From: Sinorhizobium meliloti
Lineage (GTDB): Bacteria > Pseudomonadota > Alphaproteobacteria > Rhizobiales > Rhizobiaceae
Direction of reading: 5' to 3'
NCBI RefSeq assembly: GCF_017876815.1
Contig: NZ_JAGIOS010000001.1
Span: 3,780,001 to 3,812,000 of the forward strand
Length of the DNA: 32,000 bases
The position numbers were made by a program, and so were the translations under genes. Under the pieces are notes generated by a model, which searched no databases, had not been told where the DNA came from, and saw nothing but the letters and a program-made list of their open reading frames with translations. Position 1 is the stretch's first letter, and every line of letters begins with the position of its first letter. This document shows, one piece after another, positions 10,940 to 21,097 of this stretch.

Positions 10940-12607
10940 TCAGACCTTCGTGATGAAAACCGTCACGACCGGCTTCTTGCCCCAGACCTGGTTCGTGGTG
11001 CTGCGCACGGCGCGGCGAACGGCTTCCTGCAGCATCGCGAGGTCCTTCCGCTTTGCCCGCGGGATGCTTTCCACGGCGCCGAGCACCGCATCATAGAGCG
11101 TGTCCTCCATAGCCTCGCCTTCGTCGTCGAATTCCGGAAGGCCGATCGGCACGACGTCCGGGTCACCCAGAAAGTCGTAGCGGCTGTCGAGTACGACACT
11201 GACGGAGACGTGGCCGGCAAAGGAAAGCTTGCGGCGTTCGCCTATCCCCATCTCTTCGAAATCGCCGATGAGGGTGCCGTCCTTGTAGATGCGGCCGTGC
11301 GGCGCCTCGTCGATGACTTCCGCGGGGCCCGGCGCAAGTCGTAGCATTTCGCCATTGCGCAGCCGCGGCACGCTCGGGATGCCCGATTGCAGCCCGAGCT
11401 CCGCATGTGCCGTCAGATGCGCCGCCTCGCCATGCACCGGCACGAGGATCTGCGGCTTCACCCATTGGTACATCTGCTGGAGCTCGGTGCGCCGCGGATG
11501 GCCGGAAACATGCACCAGCGCCTCGCTATCCGTGATGATGTGGATGCCTTGCTCGATAAGCCCGTTCTTGATGTCGTTGATCGCTTTTTCGTTGCCGGGG
11601 ATGGTGCGCGACGAAAATACGATCGTGTCGCCGGCCGAAAACGCCACGTTGCGCATCTCGTCGCGAGCGATCTTGGCAAGGGCCGCGCGCGGCTCGCCCT
11701 GGCTGCCCGTCAGGATGACCACGACCTTGTCGCGCGGGATGTAGCCGAACTCGTCCTCTGCGAGGAACGGCTTCACGCCTTCCATGAGCCCGACATCGCG
11801 CGCAACGTCGACGACGCGCTTCATCGAACTGCCGAGTAGAAGCACCTCCCGCCCCGCAGCCTCCGCCGCTTCCGCAACAGAGCGGATGCGCCCGACATTG
11901 GAGGAGAAGGTGGTGATCCCGACGCGGCCCTCGGCATCGGCAATGATCTTGGCGAGACTTTCGGAGACTTGCCGTTCGGACGGCGACACGCCTTCGCGCA
12001 AGGCATTGGTCGAATCGCAGACGAGCGCGAGGACGCCTTCCTCCCCGATCTGGCGAAACCGCGACTCGTCGGTCAGGGGCCCCAGCGAAGGCTCGAGATC
12101 GATCTTCCAGTCGCCCGTGTGCACGACGGTGCCGAGTTGCGTGCGGATGACGAGCGCCATCGGCTCGGGGATCGAATGATTGACCCCCACGGCTTCGACG
12201 CTGAAAGGCCCGACATTGATGCGGTCGCCCTGCTTGAAGATCGTGATCGGGATCTCACTGCGGGACTTTTCGAATGCGCGCTTGGCCTCCAGCATGCCCG
12301 CGGTAAAGGGCGAGGCGTAGACGGGAACGTTCAGGCCCGGCCACAGATCGTTCAGAGCCCCGTAATGGTCCTCATGCGCATGCGTGATGATGATCGCCTT
12401 CAGGTTGCGGCGCTGTTCGGCCAGAAAGGCGATATCGGGCAGAACCAGATCTACGCCGGGCAATTCCGGGCCGGGGAAGGTCACGCCGCAATCGACCATG
12501 ATCCATTGGCGGTGGCCTGGCCTTCCATAACCGTAAAGGCCGAGATTCATGCCTATTTCGCCGACGCCGCCGAGCGGCAAGAACACCAGTTCTTCATCCT
12601 GCGCCAT
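10940..12607 (-). CDS. rnj: Ribonuclease J (metallo-beta-lactamase / beta-CASP)
   Basis: HAHEDHYGAL (HxHxDH), beta-CASP region and C-terminal domain are present. The ATG at 12607 gives 555 aa. An alternative TTG at 12634 (564 aa) abuts the birA stop. Confidence 0.9.
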   Translation of the reverse strand: MAQDEELVFLPLGGVGEIGMNLGLYGYGRPGHRQWIMVDCGVTFPGPELPGVDLVLPDIAFLAEQRRNLKAIIITHAHEDHYGALNDLWPGLNVPVYASPFTAGMLEAKRAFEKSRSEIPITIFKQGDRINVGPFSVEAVGVNHSIPEPMALVIRTQLGTVVHTGDWKIDLEPSLGPLTDESRFRQIGEEGVLALVCDSTNALREGVSPSERQVSESLAKIIADAEGRVGITTFSSNVGRIRSVAEAAEAAGREVLLLGSSMKRVVDVARDVGLMEGVKPFLAEDEFGYIPRDKVVVILTGSQGEPRAALAKIARDEMRNVAFSAGDTIVFSSRTIPGNEKAINDIKNGLIEQGIHIITDSEALVHVSGHPRRTELQQMYQWVKPQILVPVHGEAAHLTAHAELGLQSGIPSVPRLRNGEMLRLAPGPAEVIDEAPHGRIYKDGTLIGDFEEMGIGERRKLSFAGHVSVSVVLDSRYDFLGDPDVVPIGLPEFDDEGEAMEDTLYDAVLGAVESIPRAKRKDLAMLQEAVRRAVRSTTNQVWGKKPVVTVFITKV

Positions 12608-12634
12608 GTCGTGATGCGCCTTTGCTTTTTTCAA

Positions 12635-13402
12635 TCATCCAAAAAATACGTCGCCCGCCGCAATGGTTTGCGGCGGGCCGGAACCCGTGTCGAGTAGAAG
12701 CCGGCCGTCCCGATCGATACCTGCAAAGCGGCCGGAAAGCGAGCGGTCCGGCAGGTTGACCGTGATCGCCTCGCCGATGCCCTTGGCCGCGGCGCGCCAC
12801 TGATTGATGATTGCGGCGACGCCGGCGCCACGGTCCCAAACGGCGAGCGTCTCGGCCATGGTTACGAAAAGATGCGCGAACAGCTCCTCGGGAGAGATTG
12901 TCGCGCCCTCGCGCCGAAGCGATGTGACGGGGTAAAGTGCGTCTTCAGGCATGACGGCGACGTTGATGCCGCAGCCGATCACCAGGGCCCGCCGCCCGTC
13001 GGCCAGAACCTCGCCTTCGAGAAGAATGCCGCAGGTCTTCCGCCCGTCGATAAGAATGTCGTTCGGCCATTTGATCGCGGCCTCGGCTCCGCCCGGCGGC
13101 ATCACCCGGCGGATGGCCCGATGAACCGCAACCGCTGCCGCAAGCGGCAGCGCATGCAGCCTGTCCACCGGCGCCGGATCGATGAGCAGCAGGGATGCGT
13201 AGAGGTTCCCCGGCTCCGAGAACCAGGCGCGGCCACGCCTGCCCCTGCCTCCGGTCTGGCGCACCGCGGTGATCCAGAGATTGCCGGGATCACCCTCGCG
13301 CGCCCGCAGAAGGCACTCGCTGTTGGTCGAGACCGTTTCGGCGAGCGCGACGTGCCGGAAATCTTCAGGCGAACTCCGGCCGCCGCTTCGTCCGCCGGTC
13401 AA
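12635..13402 (-). CDS. birA: Biotin--[acetyl-CoA-carboxylase] ligase (group I, no DNA-binding domain)
   Basis: 255 aa. GRGRRGRAW biotin/ATP-binding motif (GRGRxGR.W), KWPNDI motif, C-terminal SH3-like part. The only in-frame start is a TTG at 13402 that overlaps the nuoN stop (TTGA). Confidence 0.85.
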   Translation of the reverse strand: MTGGRSGGRSSPEDFRHVALAETVSTNSECLLRAREGDPGNLWITAVRQTGGRGRRGRAWFSEPGNLYASLLLIDPAPVDRLHALPLAAAVAVHRAIRRVMPPGGAEAAIKWPNDILIDGRKTCGILLEGEVLADGRRALVIGCGINVAVMPEDALYPVTSLRREGATISPEELFAHLFVTMAETLAVWDRGAGVAAIINQWRAAAKGIGEAITVNLPDRSLSGRFAGIDRDGRLLLDTGSGPPQTIAAGDVFFG

Positions 13403-14841
13403 AAGAATGTCCGCGCCGCGGCTTCGGCGGCGGTTCCGAGCGGACCGCCGATGAGCACGTAGCCGAGCACGAAGAGGCCGGACAGGCCGAACACCAGCCT
13501 AAGCTCGCCCGCCGTCCGGGCAAACTCGCCTCTCGGCTCCTCGAACCACATCACCTTGATGACCCGCAGATAGTAGTAGGCGCCGACGACGGAAGCGAGC
13601 ACGCCGATGATTGCCAAGCCATAGAGCTGCGCCTCGATTGCCGCGACGAAGACGAAGTACTTGGCGAAGAAACCTGCCAGCGGCGGGATGCCGGCAAGCG
13701 AGAACATGAGGATCGTCAGCACCGTCGCCATGAAGGGGTTGGTCTGCGAAAGACCGGCAAGATCGTCGATGCCTTCGACATGCTCGCCTTCCCTGCGGCG
13801 CATGGCGAGGATGCAGGCGAATGTGCCCAGCGTCATGACCATGTAGATCAGCATGTAGAGGATCACGCCGCGCACGCCGGCCATGGAGCCGGCCGCGAGG
13901 CCGACGAGCGCATAGCCCATGTGACCGATCGAGGAATAGGCCATCAGCCGCTTGATGTTGCGCTGGCCGATCGCGGCGAAGGAGCCGAGCAGCATCGATG
14001 CGATCGAGATGAAGACGATGATCTGCTGCCAATCGGCGACCACCGGCTCGAAGGCGTTGATGACGATGCGAACGAGGATCGAGATGGCCGCGACCTTCGG
14101 TCCGGCGGCGAAGAATGCCGTCACCGGCGTCGGTGCGCCTTCATATACGTCCGGCGTCCACATATGAAAGGGGACGGCGGAGATCTTGAAGGCGAGGCCC
14201 GCAAGAATGAACACCAGACCGAAGACGAGGCCCAGCGACCGGCCCTCGGCCGTGAGCGCCGCCGCGATCTCGTCGAAGCCGGTATGCCCCGTGAAGCCGT
14301 AGACGAGCGACATGCCGTAAAGCATCATCCCCGAAGACAACGCACCGAGAACGAAATATTTCAGGCCCGCTTCCGTCGAGCGGACGCTGTCGCGGTTGAT
14401 TGCCGCCACCACGTAAAGGGCGAGCGACTGCAGCTCCAACGACAGGTAGAGCGAGATGAGATCGTTGGCCGAGATCATCAGCAGCATGCCGAGGGTGGCC
14501 AGAACCAGAAGCACGGGGAACTCGAACCGGTCGATCTGAGCCGAACGCGCGTGGCCGACGGTCATCACCATCACGGTGATCGAGCCGATCAGGGCCAGCA
14601 CCTTCATGAATTTGGCGAAAGGATCCGACAGGAAGGCGCCGCCATAGGCCTCCCCCTCGCCCGTCTTCAGCACGAGCCACAGCCCGGCGATGATGAGCAC
14701 CGCGACCGCAAGGCCGGTTACCGTCGGTGTGGCTCGTTCGCCCGAGAAGACGCCGATCATCAGGAGTGCCATCGCGCCGACCGCAAGGATCAGCTCGGGC
14801 ATCGAAAGTTGCAGGCTGGCGATAAGGGTTTCAGCAGTCAT
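13399..14841 (-). CDS. nuoN: NADH-quinone oxidoreductase subunit N
   Basis: 480-aa polytopic antiporter-like subunit, last gene of the nuo series. Confidence 0.95.
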   Translation of the reverse strand: MTAETLIASLQLSMPELILAVGAMALLMIGVFSGERATPTVTGLAVAVLIIAGLWLVLKTGEGEAYGGAFLSDPFAKFMKVLALIGSITVMVMTVGHARSAQIDRFEFPVLLVLATLGMLLMISANDLISLYLSLELQSLALYVVAAINRDSVRSTEAGLKYFVLGALSSGMMLYGMSLVYGFTGHTGFDEIAAALTAEGRSLGLVFGLVFILAGLAFKISAVPFHMWTPDVYEGAPTPVTAFFAAGPKVAAISILVRIVINAFEPVVADWQQIIVFISIASMLLGSFAAIGQRNIKRLMAYSSIGHMGYALVGLAAGSMAGVRGVILYMLIYMVMTLGTFACILAMRRREGEHVEGIDDLAGLSQTNPFMATVLTILMFSLAGIPPLAGFFAKYFVFVAAIEAQLYGLAIIGVLASVVGAYYYLRVIKVMWFEEPRGEFARTAGELRLVFGLSGLFVLGYVLIGGPLGTAAEAAARTFF

Positions 14842-14860
14842 GTCACATCACGTCCCTTGA

Positions 14861-16372
14861 TCATTGCACCGAAAGCGCAACGTCTTGCGCTGCCTGCAGG
14901 GCGGCGGCGTAGTTGTTGACGAGCAAGTCCACGGAGGCCGCGGTCGCGTCGAAGACCGGTGCCGGATAGACACCGAAGAAGATGGTCAGGATCACCAGCG
15001 GATAGAGAATGAGTTTCTCGCGCGCCGACAGATCGAGCAGCGCCTTCAAGCTTTCCTTTTCCAGCGCACCGAAAATGACCCGGCGGTAGAGCCAGAGAGC
15101 GTAGGCGGCCGACAGAATGACGCCGGTCGTCGCGAACAGAGCGACCCAGGTGTTGGCGCGGAAGGCGCCCACCAGCGTCAGCACTTCGCCGACGAAGCCC
15201 GACGTTCCCGGAAGGCCCACATTGGCCATGGTGAAGACCATGAAGGCGACGGCATATTTCGGCATGTTGTTGACGAGGCCGCCATAGGCCGCGATCTCGC
15301 GCGTATGCAGCCGGTCATAGACGACGCCGACGCAAAGGAAGAGCGCGCCCGAGACGATGCCGTGCGACAGCATCTGGAAGATCGCACCCTGGACGCCCTG
15401 AACATTCGCCGCGAAGGTTCCCATCGTCACATAGCCCATATGCGCAACCGAGGAATAGGCGATGAGCTTCTTGATGTCGGTCTGCATCATCGCCACCAGC
15501 GAGGTGTAGATGATCGCAATGATCGACAGCGTGAAGACGAACGGCGCGAAGAAGTCGGACGCCAGCGGGAACATCGGCAGGGAGAAGCGCAGGAAGCCGT
15601 AGCCGCCGAGCTTCAGGAGGATGCCGGCCAGGATGACCGAGCCTGCCGTCGGCGCCTGCACGTGCGCATCGGGAAGCCAGGTGTGCACCGGCCACATGGG
15701 CATCTTCACCGCGAAGGAAGCGAAGAAGGCAAGCCAGAGCCAGGTCTGCATTTCACGCGGGAACTGATAGGCCAGCAATTGCGTGATGTCGGTGGTGCCC
15801 GCCTGCCAGTACATCGCCATCATGGCGAGCAGCATCAGAACGGAACCGAGCAGCGTGTAGAGGAAGAACTTGTAGCTCGCGTAGACGCGCTCCTTGCCGC
15901 CCCAGACGCCGATGATGATGAACATCGGGATGAGGCCCGCCTCGAAGAAGACGTAGAAAAGGATGATGTCGAGAGACACGAAGACACCGAGCATCAGCGT
16001 TTCCAGGATCAGAAACGCGATCATGTACTCCTTCAGGCGCTTCTCGATCGTGACCCAGCTTGCCAGCACGCAGAACGGCATCAGGAATGCCGTCAGCGGG
16101 ACGAAGAGTATGGAAATGCCGTCGACGCCCAGATGGTAGGAAATGCCGGTGCCGAGCCACTCCCGCTTCTCTACCATCTGGAAGCCCGGGTTCGACGGGT
16201 CGAACTGGTACCAGATGTAGAGCGACACGAGGAACGTGAAGACCGTCGTCAGCAGCGAGACGTTCAGGATGTTGCGGCGGCCGTAGGCGCTGTCTTCCCT
16301 TGTGAGCAGGAGAAGCAGAACGCCGACGAGCGGCATGAAGGTGACCGCGGAAAGTACGGGCCAATCGGTCAT
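14861..16372 (-). CDS. nuoM: NADH-quinone oxidoreductase subunit M
   Basis: 503-aa antiporter-like subunit. Its ATG overlaps the nuoL stop (TGATG at 16370-16374). Confidence 0.95.
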   Translation of the reverse strand: MTDWPVLSAVTFMPLVGVLLLLLTREDSAYGRRNILNVSLLTTVFTFLVSLYIWYQFDPSNPGFQMVEKREWLGTGISYHLGVDGISILFVPLTAFLMPFCVLASWVTIEKRLKEYMIAFLILETLMLGVFVSLDIILFYVFFEAGLIPMFIIIGVWGGKERVYASYKFFLYTLLGSVLMLLAMMAMYWQAGTTDITQLLAYQFPREMQTWLWLAFFASFAVKMPMWPVHTWLPDAHVQAPTAGSVILAGILLKLGGYGFLRFSLPMFPLASDFFAPFVFTLSIIAIIYTSLVAMMQTDIKKLIAYSSVAHMGYVTMGTFAANVQGVQGAIFQMLSHGIVSGALFLCVGVVYDRLHTREIAAYGGLVNNMPKYAVAFMVFTMANVGLPGTSGFVGEVLTLVGAFRANTWVALFATTGVILSAAYALWLYRRVIFGALEKESLKALLDLSAREKLILYPLVILTIFFGVYPAPVFDATAASVDLLVNNYAAALQAAQDVALSVQ

Positions 16373-18366
16373 CAGAAGGAACTCCCGAGCATCATCCAGG
16401 TAACGAGCGCTGCAATACCGATCAGCATGGCGAACGCGTAGTGGTAAAGGTATCCGGTCTGCAGGCGGACCACCCGGTCGGTCACGTCGAGAACGCGCGC
16501 AGCGATCCCGTTCGGGCCGTACCCGTCGATCACCCGTCCGTCACCCTCCTTCCAGAGGAAGGTACCGAGGCGCTTGGCGCTGCGGACGAACAGGAAATCG
16601 TAGAGTTCGTCGAAATACCACTTGTTGAGCAGGAACTGGTAAAGCCCGCGATGCTGCTCGGCGAGATATTTCGGCGTCTCCGGCGAGCGGATGTACATGT
16701 ACCAGGCCGTGAAGAGACCGAGCGCCATGGCCGCGAACGGGCTCCATTTCACCCACAGCGGAACGTGGTGATACTCCTCGAGAAGTTCGTTTTCGGCCGA
16801 CGTGAACAGAGCGCCCTGCCAGAATTCGGCGTAGTGGTGGCCGAAGAAATAGTCGTGGAACAGGAAGCCCGCGACAAGGGCGCCGGCGGCCAGGATGTAG
16901 AGGGGCACCAGCATGACCTGGGGCGACTCGTGGACGTGATGCATGACGTCGGAGGAAGCGCGCGGCTTGCCGTGGAACGTCATGAAGGTCAGGCGCCAGG
17001 AGTAGAAGCTGGTGAAGAGCGCTGCGATGACCAGCAGCACGAAGGCCAGACCGGAAACGACGCTATGCGACGCGAAGGCGGATTCGATGATCGCATCCTT
17101 CGAGAAGAAGCCCGCCGTGCCGATGACCGTACCGGGAATGCCGACGCCGGTGAGCGCGATCGTACCGATGAACATCATCCAGTAGGTGACCGGAATATGC
17201 GTGCGCAGTCCGCCCATGTAACGCATGTCCTGCTCGCCATCGACGGCGTGGATGACCGACCCCGCGCCCAGGAACAGGAGCGCCTTGAAGAAGGCGTGCG
17301 TGAAGAGGTGGAAGATCGCCGCGCCATAGGCGCCGACGCCGAGCGCGACGAACATGTAGCCGAGCTGCGAGCAGGTCGAATAGGCGATGACGCGCTTGAT
17401 GTCGTTCTGGACGAGACCGACCGTCGCCGCAAAGAATGCGGTGATCGCGCCGATCAGCGTGACGACCGTCAGGGCGTCCGGCGACAGCTCGAAGAGCGGC
17501 GACATGCGGGCGACGAGGAAGACGCCCGCGGTAACCATGGTTGCGGCATGGATAAGGGCCGAAACCGGGGTCGGGCCTTCCATGGCGTCCGGCAGCCAGG
17601 TGTGCAGCAGGAACTGCGCCGACTTGCCCATCGCGCCCATGAAGAGCAGCAGGCAGGTGGCCGTCAGGGCATGCCCCTTGTCGAGCTGCATTCCGAAGAG
17701 ATTGATGACCGCATCCCCCGCCGCAGCACCCTCGGCCGGCAGATAGTTCTGCGCGGCGGCGAAGATGGTCTCGAAATTGATCGAGCCGAAGAGGACGAAG
17801 ACGCAGAAGATGCCGAGCGAGAAGCCGAAGTCGCCGACGCGGTTGACGATGAAGGCCTTCATCGCCGCCGCATTGGCGGACGGCTTCTTGTACCAGAAGC
17901 CGATCAGCAGGTATGACGCGAGACCCACGCCTTCCCAGCCGAAGAACATCTGCAGCAGATTGTCCGACGTGATGAGCATCAGCATCGCGAAGGTGAAGAG
18001 CGACAGATAGGCGAAGAAGCGCGGCCGGTTCGGATCGTGGTGCATGTATCCGATCGAATAGATGTGCACCAGGGTCGAAACCGTGTTGACGACGACGAAC
18101 ATGACGGCCGTCAGCGTGTCGACGCGGAAAGCCCATTCGACATCGAAGCTTCCGGACTGGATCCAGCGCAGCACCGAAACCTTGATCATCTCCTCCTCGC
18201 CGAGAGCGACGTGGAAGAAGACGAACCAGGAGAGCGCGGCGGTGACGAGCATCAGGCCGCTGGTCACATATTCGGATGCCTTGGCGCCGATCTGCGTGCC
18301 GAGAAGGCCGGCGATCAGGAAGCCGATCAGAGGCAGGAAAACGATAGCCTTGACGATGGTATCCAT
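16372..18366 (-). CDS. nuoL: NADH-quinone oxidoreductase subunit L
   Basis: 664-aa antiporter-like subunit with the long C-terminal extension typical of NuoL. Confidence 0.95.
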   Translation of the reverse strand: MDTIVKAIVFLPLIGFLIAGLLGTQIGAKASEYVTSGLMLVTAALSWFVFFHVALGEEEMIKVSVLRWIQSGSFDVEWAFRVDTLTAVMFVVVNTVSTLVHIYSIGYMHHDPNRPRFFAYLSLFTFAMLMLITSDNLLQMFFGWEGVGLASYLLIGFWYKKPSANAAAMKAFIVNRVGDFGFSLGIFCVFVLFGSINFETIFAAAQNYLPAEGAAAGDAVINLFGMQLDKGHALTATCLLLFMGAMGKSAQFLLHTWLPDAMEGPTPVSALIHAATMVTAGVFLVARMSPLFELSPDALTVVTLIGAITAFFAATVGLVQNDIKRVIAYSTCSQLGYMFVALGVGAYGAAIFHLFTHAFFKALLFLGAGSVIHAVDGEQDMRYMGGLRTHIPVTYWMMFIGTIALTGVGIPGTVIGTAGFFSKDAIIESAFASHSVVSGLAFVLLVIAALFTSFYSWRLTFMTFHGKPRASSDVMHHVHESPQVMLVPLYILAAGALVAGFLFHDYFFGHHYAEFWQGALFTSAENELLEEYHHVPLWVKWSPFAAMALGLFTAWYMYIRSPETPKYLAEQHRGLYQFLLNKWYFDELYDFLFVRSAKRLGTFLWKEGDGRVIDGYGPNGIAARVLDVTDRVVRLQTGYLYHYAFAMLIGIAALVTWMMLGSSF

Positions 18367-18373
18367 AGCCCTG

Positions 18374-18682
18374 TCAGCCCTTCATCATGTTGACGTCTTC
18401 GACGGCGATCGAGCCGCGGTTGCGGTAGAAGACGACGAGAATTGCAAGTCCGATCGCGGCTTCGGCCGCCGCAACGGTCAGGATGAACAGCGCGAACACC
18501 TGGCCGGTGATGTCGTTCAGGAAGGCCGAGAAGGCCACCATGTTGATGTTGACGGCCAGCAGGATGAGCTCCACCGACATGAGGATGATGATGACGTTCT
18601 TCCGGTTGAGGAAGATGCCGAAGACGCCGAGCGTGAACAGAATGGCGCTGACGGTCAGATAGTGGGAAATTCCGATTTCCAT
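18374..18682 (-). CDS. nuoK: NADH-quinone oxidoreductase subunit K
   Basis: 102 aa, three TM segments. [29 protein letters not shown] is typical of NuoK. Confidence 0.95.
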   Translation of the reverse strand: MEIGISHYLTVSAILFTLGVFGIFLNRKNVIIILMSVELILLAVNINMVAFSAFLNDITGQVFALFILTVAAAEAAIGLAILVVFYRNRGSIAVEDVNMMKG

Positions 18683-18711
18683 AAGTGTAGTCCCTCGACC
18701 TCGCGTCCCGA

Positions 18712-19326
18712 TTAGATGCCCTGCCCCGGCTTGACCGTAACCACCTCGACGGCGGTTTCGGGGGTGCGGGCAACCTGTTGCGGAATGCTCTGACGCTTGA
18801 TGTTCTGACGGTGACGCAGGGTCAGCACGATGGCGCCTATCATGGCGACGAGCAGCACGAGCCCCGCGATCTGGAAGAAATAGACGTAATGGGTATAGAG
18901 GACATCGCCGAGCGCGGCGGTGTTGGTGCGCTCGCTGGGTGCCGGTATCGGCATTGCGATGCCCTTGGCGATCTCAGGTGAGAAGGCCGAGCCGCCGACA
19001 ACGACGATCAGTTCGGCGGCAAGGATCAGCCCGATCAGCGCGCCGATCGGCGCATATTCGAGCACGCCGGCGCGAAGCTCGGTAAAGTCGATATCGAGCA
19101 TCATGACCACGAAGAGGAAGAGAACCGCGACGGCCCCGACATAGACCACCAGCAGGATCATCGCCAGGAACTCGGCACCGGTCAGCAGGAAGAGCCCGGC
19201 CGCGTTGAAGAAGGTCAGGATCAGGAACAGAACCGAATAGACCGGATTCCTGGCCGCGATGACCATGAATGCCGACGCCACGGCGATGAAGGCAAAGAGA
19301 TAGAAAAAAAGAGCCTGCAGACCCAT
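18712..19326 (-). CDS. nuoJ: NADH-quinone oxidoreductase subunit J
   Basis: 204 aa from ATG 19326 ([13 protein letters not shown]...). The ORF-track start (GTG 19434) adds 36 residues that do not look NuoJ-like. Confidence 0.9.
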   Translation of the reverse strand: MGLQALFFYLFAFIAVASAFMVIAARNPVYSVLFLILTFFNAAGLFLLTGAEFLAMILLVVYVGAVAVLFLFVVMMLDIDFTELRAGVLEYAPIGALIGLILAAELIVVVGGSAFSPEIAKGIAMPIPAPSERTNTAALGDVLYTHYVYFFQIAGLVLLVAMIGAIVLTLRHRQNIKRQSIPQQVARTPETAVEVVTVKPGQGI

Positions 19327-19477
19327 GATCGGTGCCTTTTTCGTCTTGCTGGCGTGAAGGCCCCCAGGCCCGCACTCCATGAGGCAAAGCCGGACCACAT
19401 GTCCGGCCGATGCCCAAACCCGTTTTGCATGCACCGTCTTCGATCAAGCGGCGCGATGCTGCGTTGCGCGAATGGCC

Positions 19478-19972
19478 TCAGCGGTAGGGCGAGTCCATCG
19501 CAATGTTGCGCGCGATTTCCCGCTCCCACCGGTCACCGTTGGCGAGCAGCTTCTCCTTGTCGTAGTAGAGCTCTTCGCGCGTCTCGGTGGAGAACTCGAA
19601 GTTCGGCCCCTCGACGATCGCATCGACCGGGCAGGCTTCCTGGCAGAAGCCGCAATAGATGCACTTCACCATATCGATGTCGTAACGCACCGTGCGGCGC
19701 GTGCCGTCGTTGCGGCGCGGCCCGGCCTCGATGGTGATGGCCTGCGCAGGACAGATCGCCTCGCACAGCTTGCAGGCGATGCAACGCTCTTCGCCGTTGG
19801 GATAACGGCGCAGCGCGTGCTCGCCGCGGAAGCGCGGACTGACGGGCCCCTTCTCGAAGGGATAGTTCAAGGTCGCCTTCGGACGGAAGAAATAGCGCAT
19901 CGACAGAAGGAATGCGCCGACGAATTCCTTGAGGAACAGCGAGCTGACGGCGTTCGAAAGACCGGCCATCAT
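19478..19972 (-). CDS. nuoI: NADH-quinone oxidoreductase subunit I (2x[4Fe-4S] ferredoxin-type)
   Basis: 164 aa with two CxxCxxCxxxCP motifs ([24 protein letters not shown]). Confidence 0.95.
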   Translation of the reverse strand: MMAGLSNAVSSLFLKEFVGAFLLSMRYFFRPKATLNYPFEKGPVSPRFRGEHALRRYPNGEERCIACKLCEAICPAQAITIEAGPRRNDGTRRTVRYDIDMVKCIYCGFCQEACPVDAIVEGPNFEFSTETREELYYDKEKLLANGDRWEREIARNIAMDSPYR

Positions 19973-20033
19973 TAACCTCCAAACTTGCCGGTCTGGGAGA
20001 AACCGGCGGTATGCAGCGAAGCTTGAGCGGCCA

Positions 20034-21077
20034 TCATGCCCAGCCCGTCAGCTTCAGAACGAATGCGACGATGACGACCATCGCCAGCGAAAGCGGCAGG
20101 AAGACCTTCCAGCCGAGGCGCATCAGCTGGTCGTAGCGGTAGCGCGGGACGAAGGCTTTCACCATGGCGAACATGAAGAACACCAGCGACGCCTTCAGCA
20201 CGAACCAGATGATGCCCGGGACCCAGTTCAGGAGCCAGATATCGACCGGAGGCAGCCAGCCGCCGAGGAACAGGATCGTCGTCAGCGCGCACATCAGGCA
20301 GATCGCCGCGTATTCACCGAGCATGAACATCATGTACGGGGTCGAGCCGTATTCGACCATGAAGCCGGCGACGAGTTCCGATTCGGCTTCCGGAAGGTCG
20401 AAGGGCGGACGGTTCGTCTCGGCGAGCGCCGAGATGAAGAAGATGATGAACATCGGGAAGAGCGACAGCCAGTGCCAGTCGAGGAACGAGGCAGGCAGGC
20501 CGAGCATGGTGCCGAGACCGTCGTTCTGCGCGTTTACGATGTCCGTCAGATTGAGCGAGCCGACGCAGAGCAGCACAGTGACGATGACGAAGCCGATCGA
20601 GACCTCGTAGGACACCATCTGCGCCGCGGAGCGCAATGCACCAAGGAAGGGATATTTCGAGTTGGACGCCCAGCCGCCCATGATGATGCCATAAACCTCG
20701 AGAGAAGATATGGCGAAGACGAAGAGGATGCCGACATTGATGTTCGCGATCACCCAGTTCGCATTGAGCGGAATGACCGCCCAGGCGGCGAGCGCCAGCG
20801 TCACGGAAACGAGCGGCGCGAGCAGAAAGATCGTCTTGTTGGCGCCGGCCGGGATGACCGGCTCCTTGAAGACGAATTTCAAAAGGTCGGCGAAGGACTG
20901 GAACAGCCCAAAGGGGCCGACGACGTTAGGGCCGCGGCGAAGCTGCACGGCCGCCCAGATCTTCCGGTCGGCGAGCAGGACATAGGCGATGAAAAGCAGC
21001 AGCGCGACCAGAAGCAGGAGCGACTGGCCGATCATGATGGCCGTGGGCCAGACATAGGTCGAAAAGAAAGCGTCCAT
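20034..21077 (-). CDS. nuoH: NADH-quinone oxidoreductase subunit H
   Basis: 347-aa polytopic protein. [29 protein letters not shown] is typical of NuoH/ND1. Confidence 0.95.
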   Translation of the reverse strand: MDAFFSTYVWPTAIMIGQSLLLLVALLLFIAYVLLADRKIWAAVQLRRGPNVVGPFGLFQSFADLLKFVFKEPVIPAGANKTIFLLAPLVSVTLALAAWAVIPLNANWVIANINVGILFVFAISSLEVYGIIMGGWASNSKYPFLGALRSAAQMVSYEVSIGFVIVTVLLCVGSLNLTDIVNAQNDGLGTMLGLPASFLDWHWLSLFPMFIIFFISALAETNRPPFDLPEAESELVAGFMVEYGSTPYMMFMLGEYAAICLMCALTTILFLGGWLPPVDIWLLNWVPGIIWFVLKASLVFFMFAMVKAFVPRYRYDQLMRLGWKVFLPLSLAMVVIVAFVLKLTGWA

Positions 21078-21097
21078 GATGCTCTATTCCCTCGCGC

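Noticed and set aside
13780-17916. Long plus-strand ORFs (379, 525 and 491 aa) antisense to nuoN, nuoM and nuoL
   Set aside because: Highly charged Arg/Asp/Glu/His-rich translations are the complement of hydrophobic membrane-protein codons. No starts with SD are present. These are GC-driven open frames.
19327-19434. 36-residue N-terminal extension of NuoJ from GTG 19434
   Set aside because: The extension (MHAKRVWASAGHVVRLCLMECGPGG...) is unlike NuoJ N-termini. The canonical hydrophobic N-terminus begins at ATG 19326. The region is kept as an open question in the findings.
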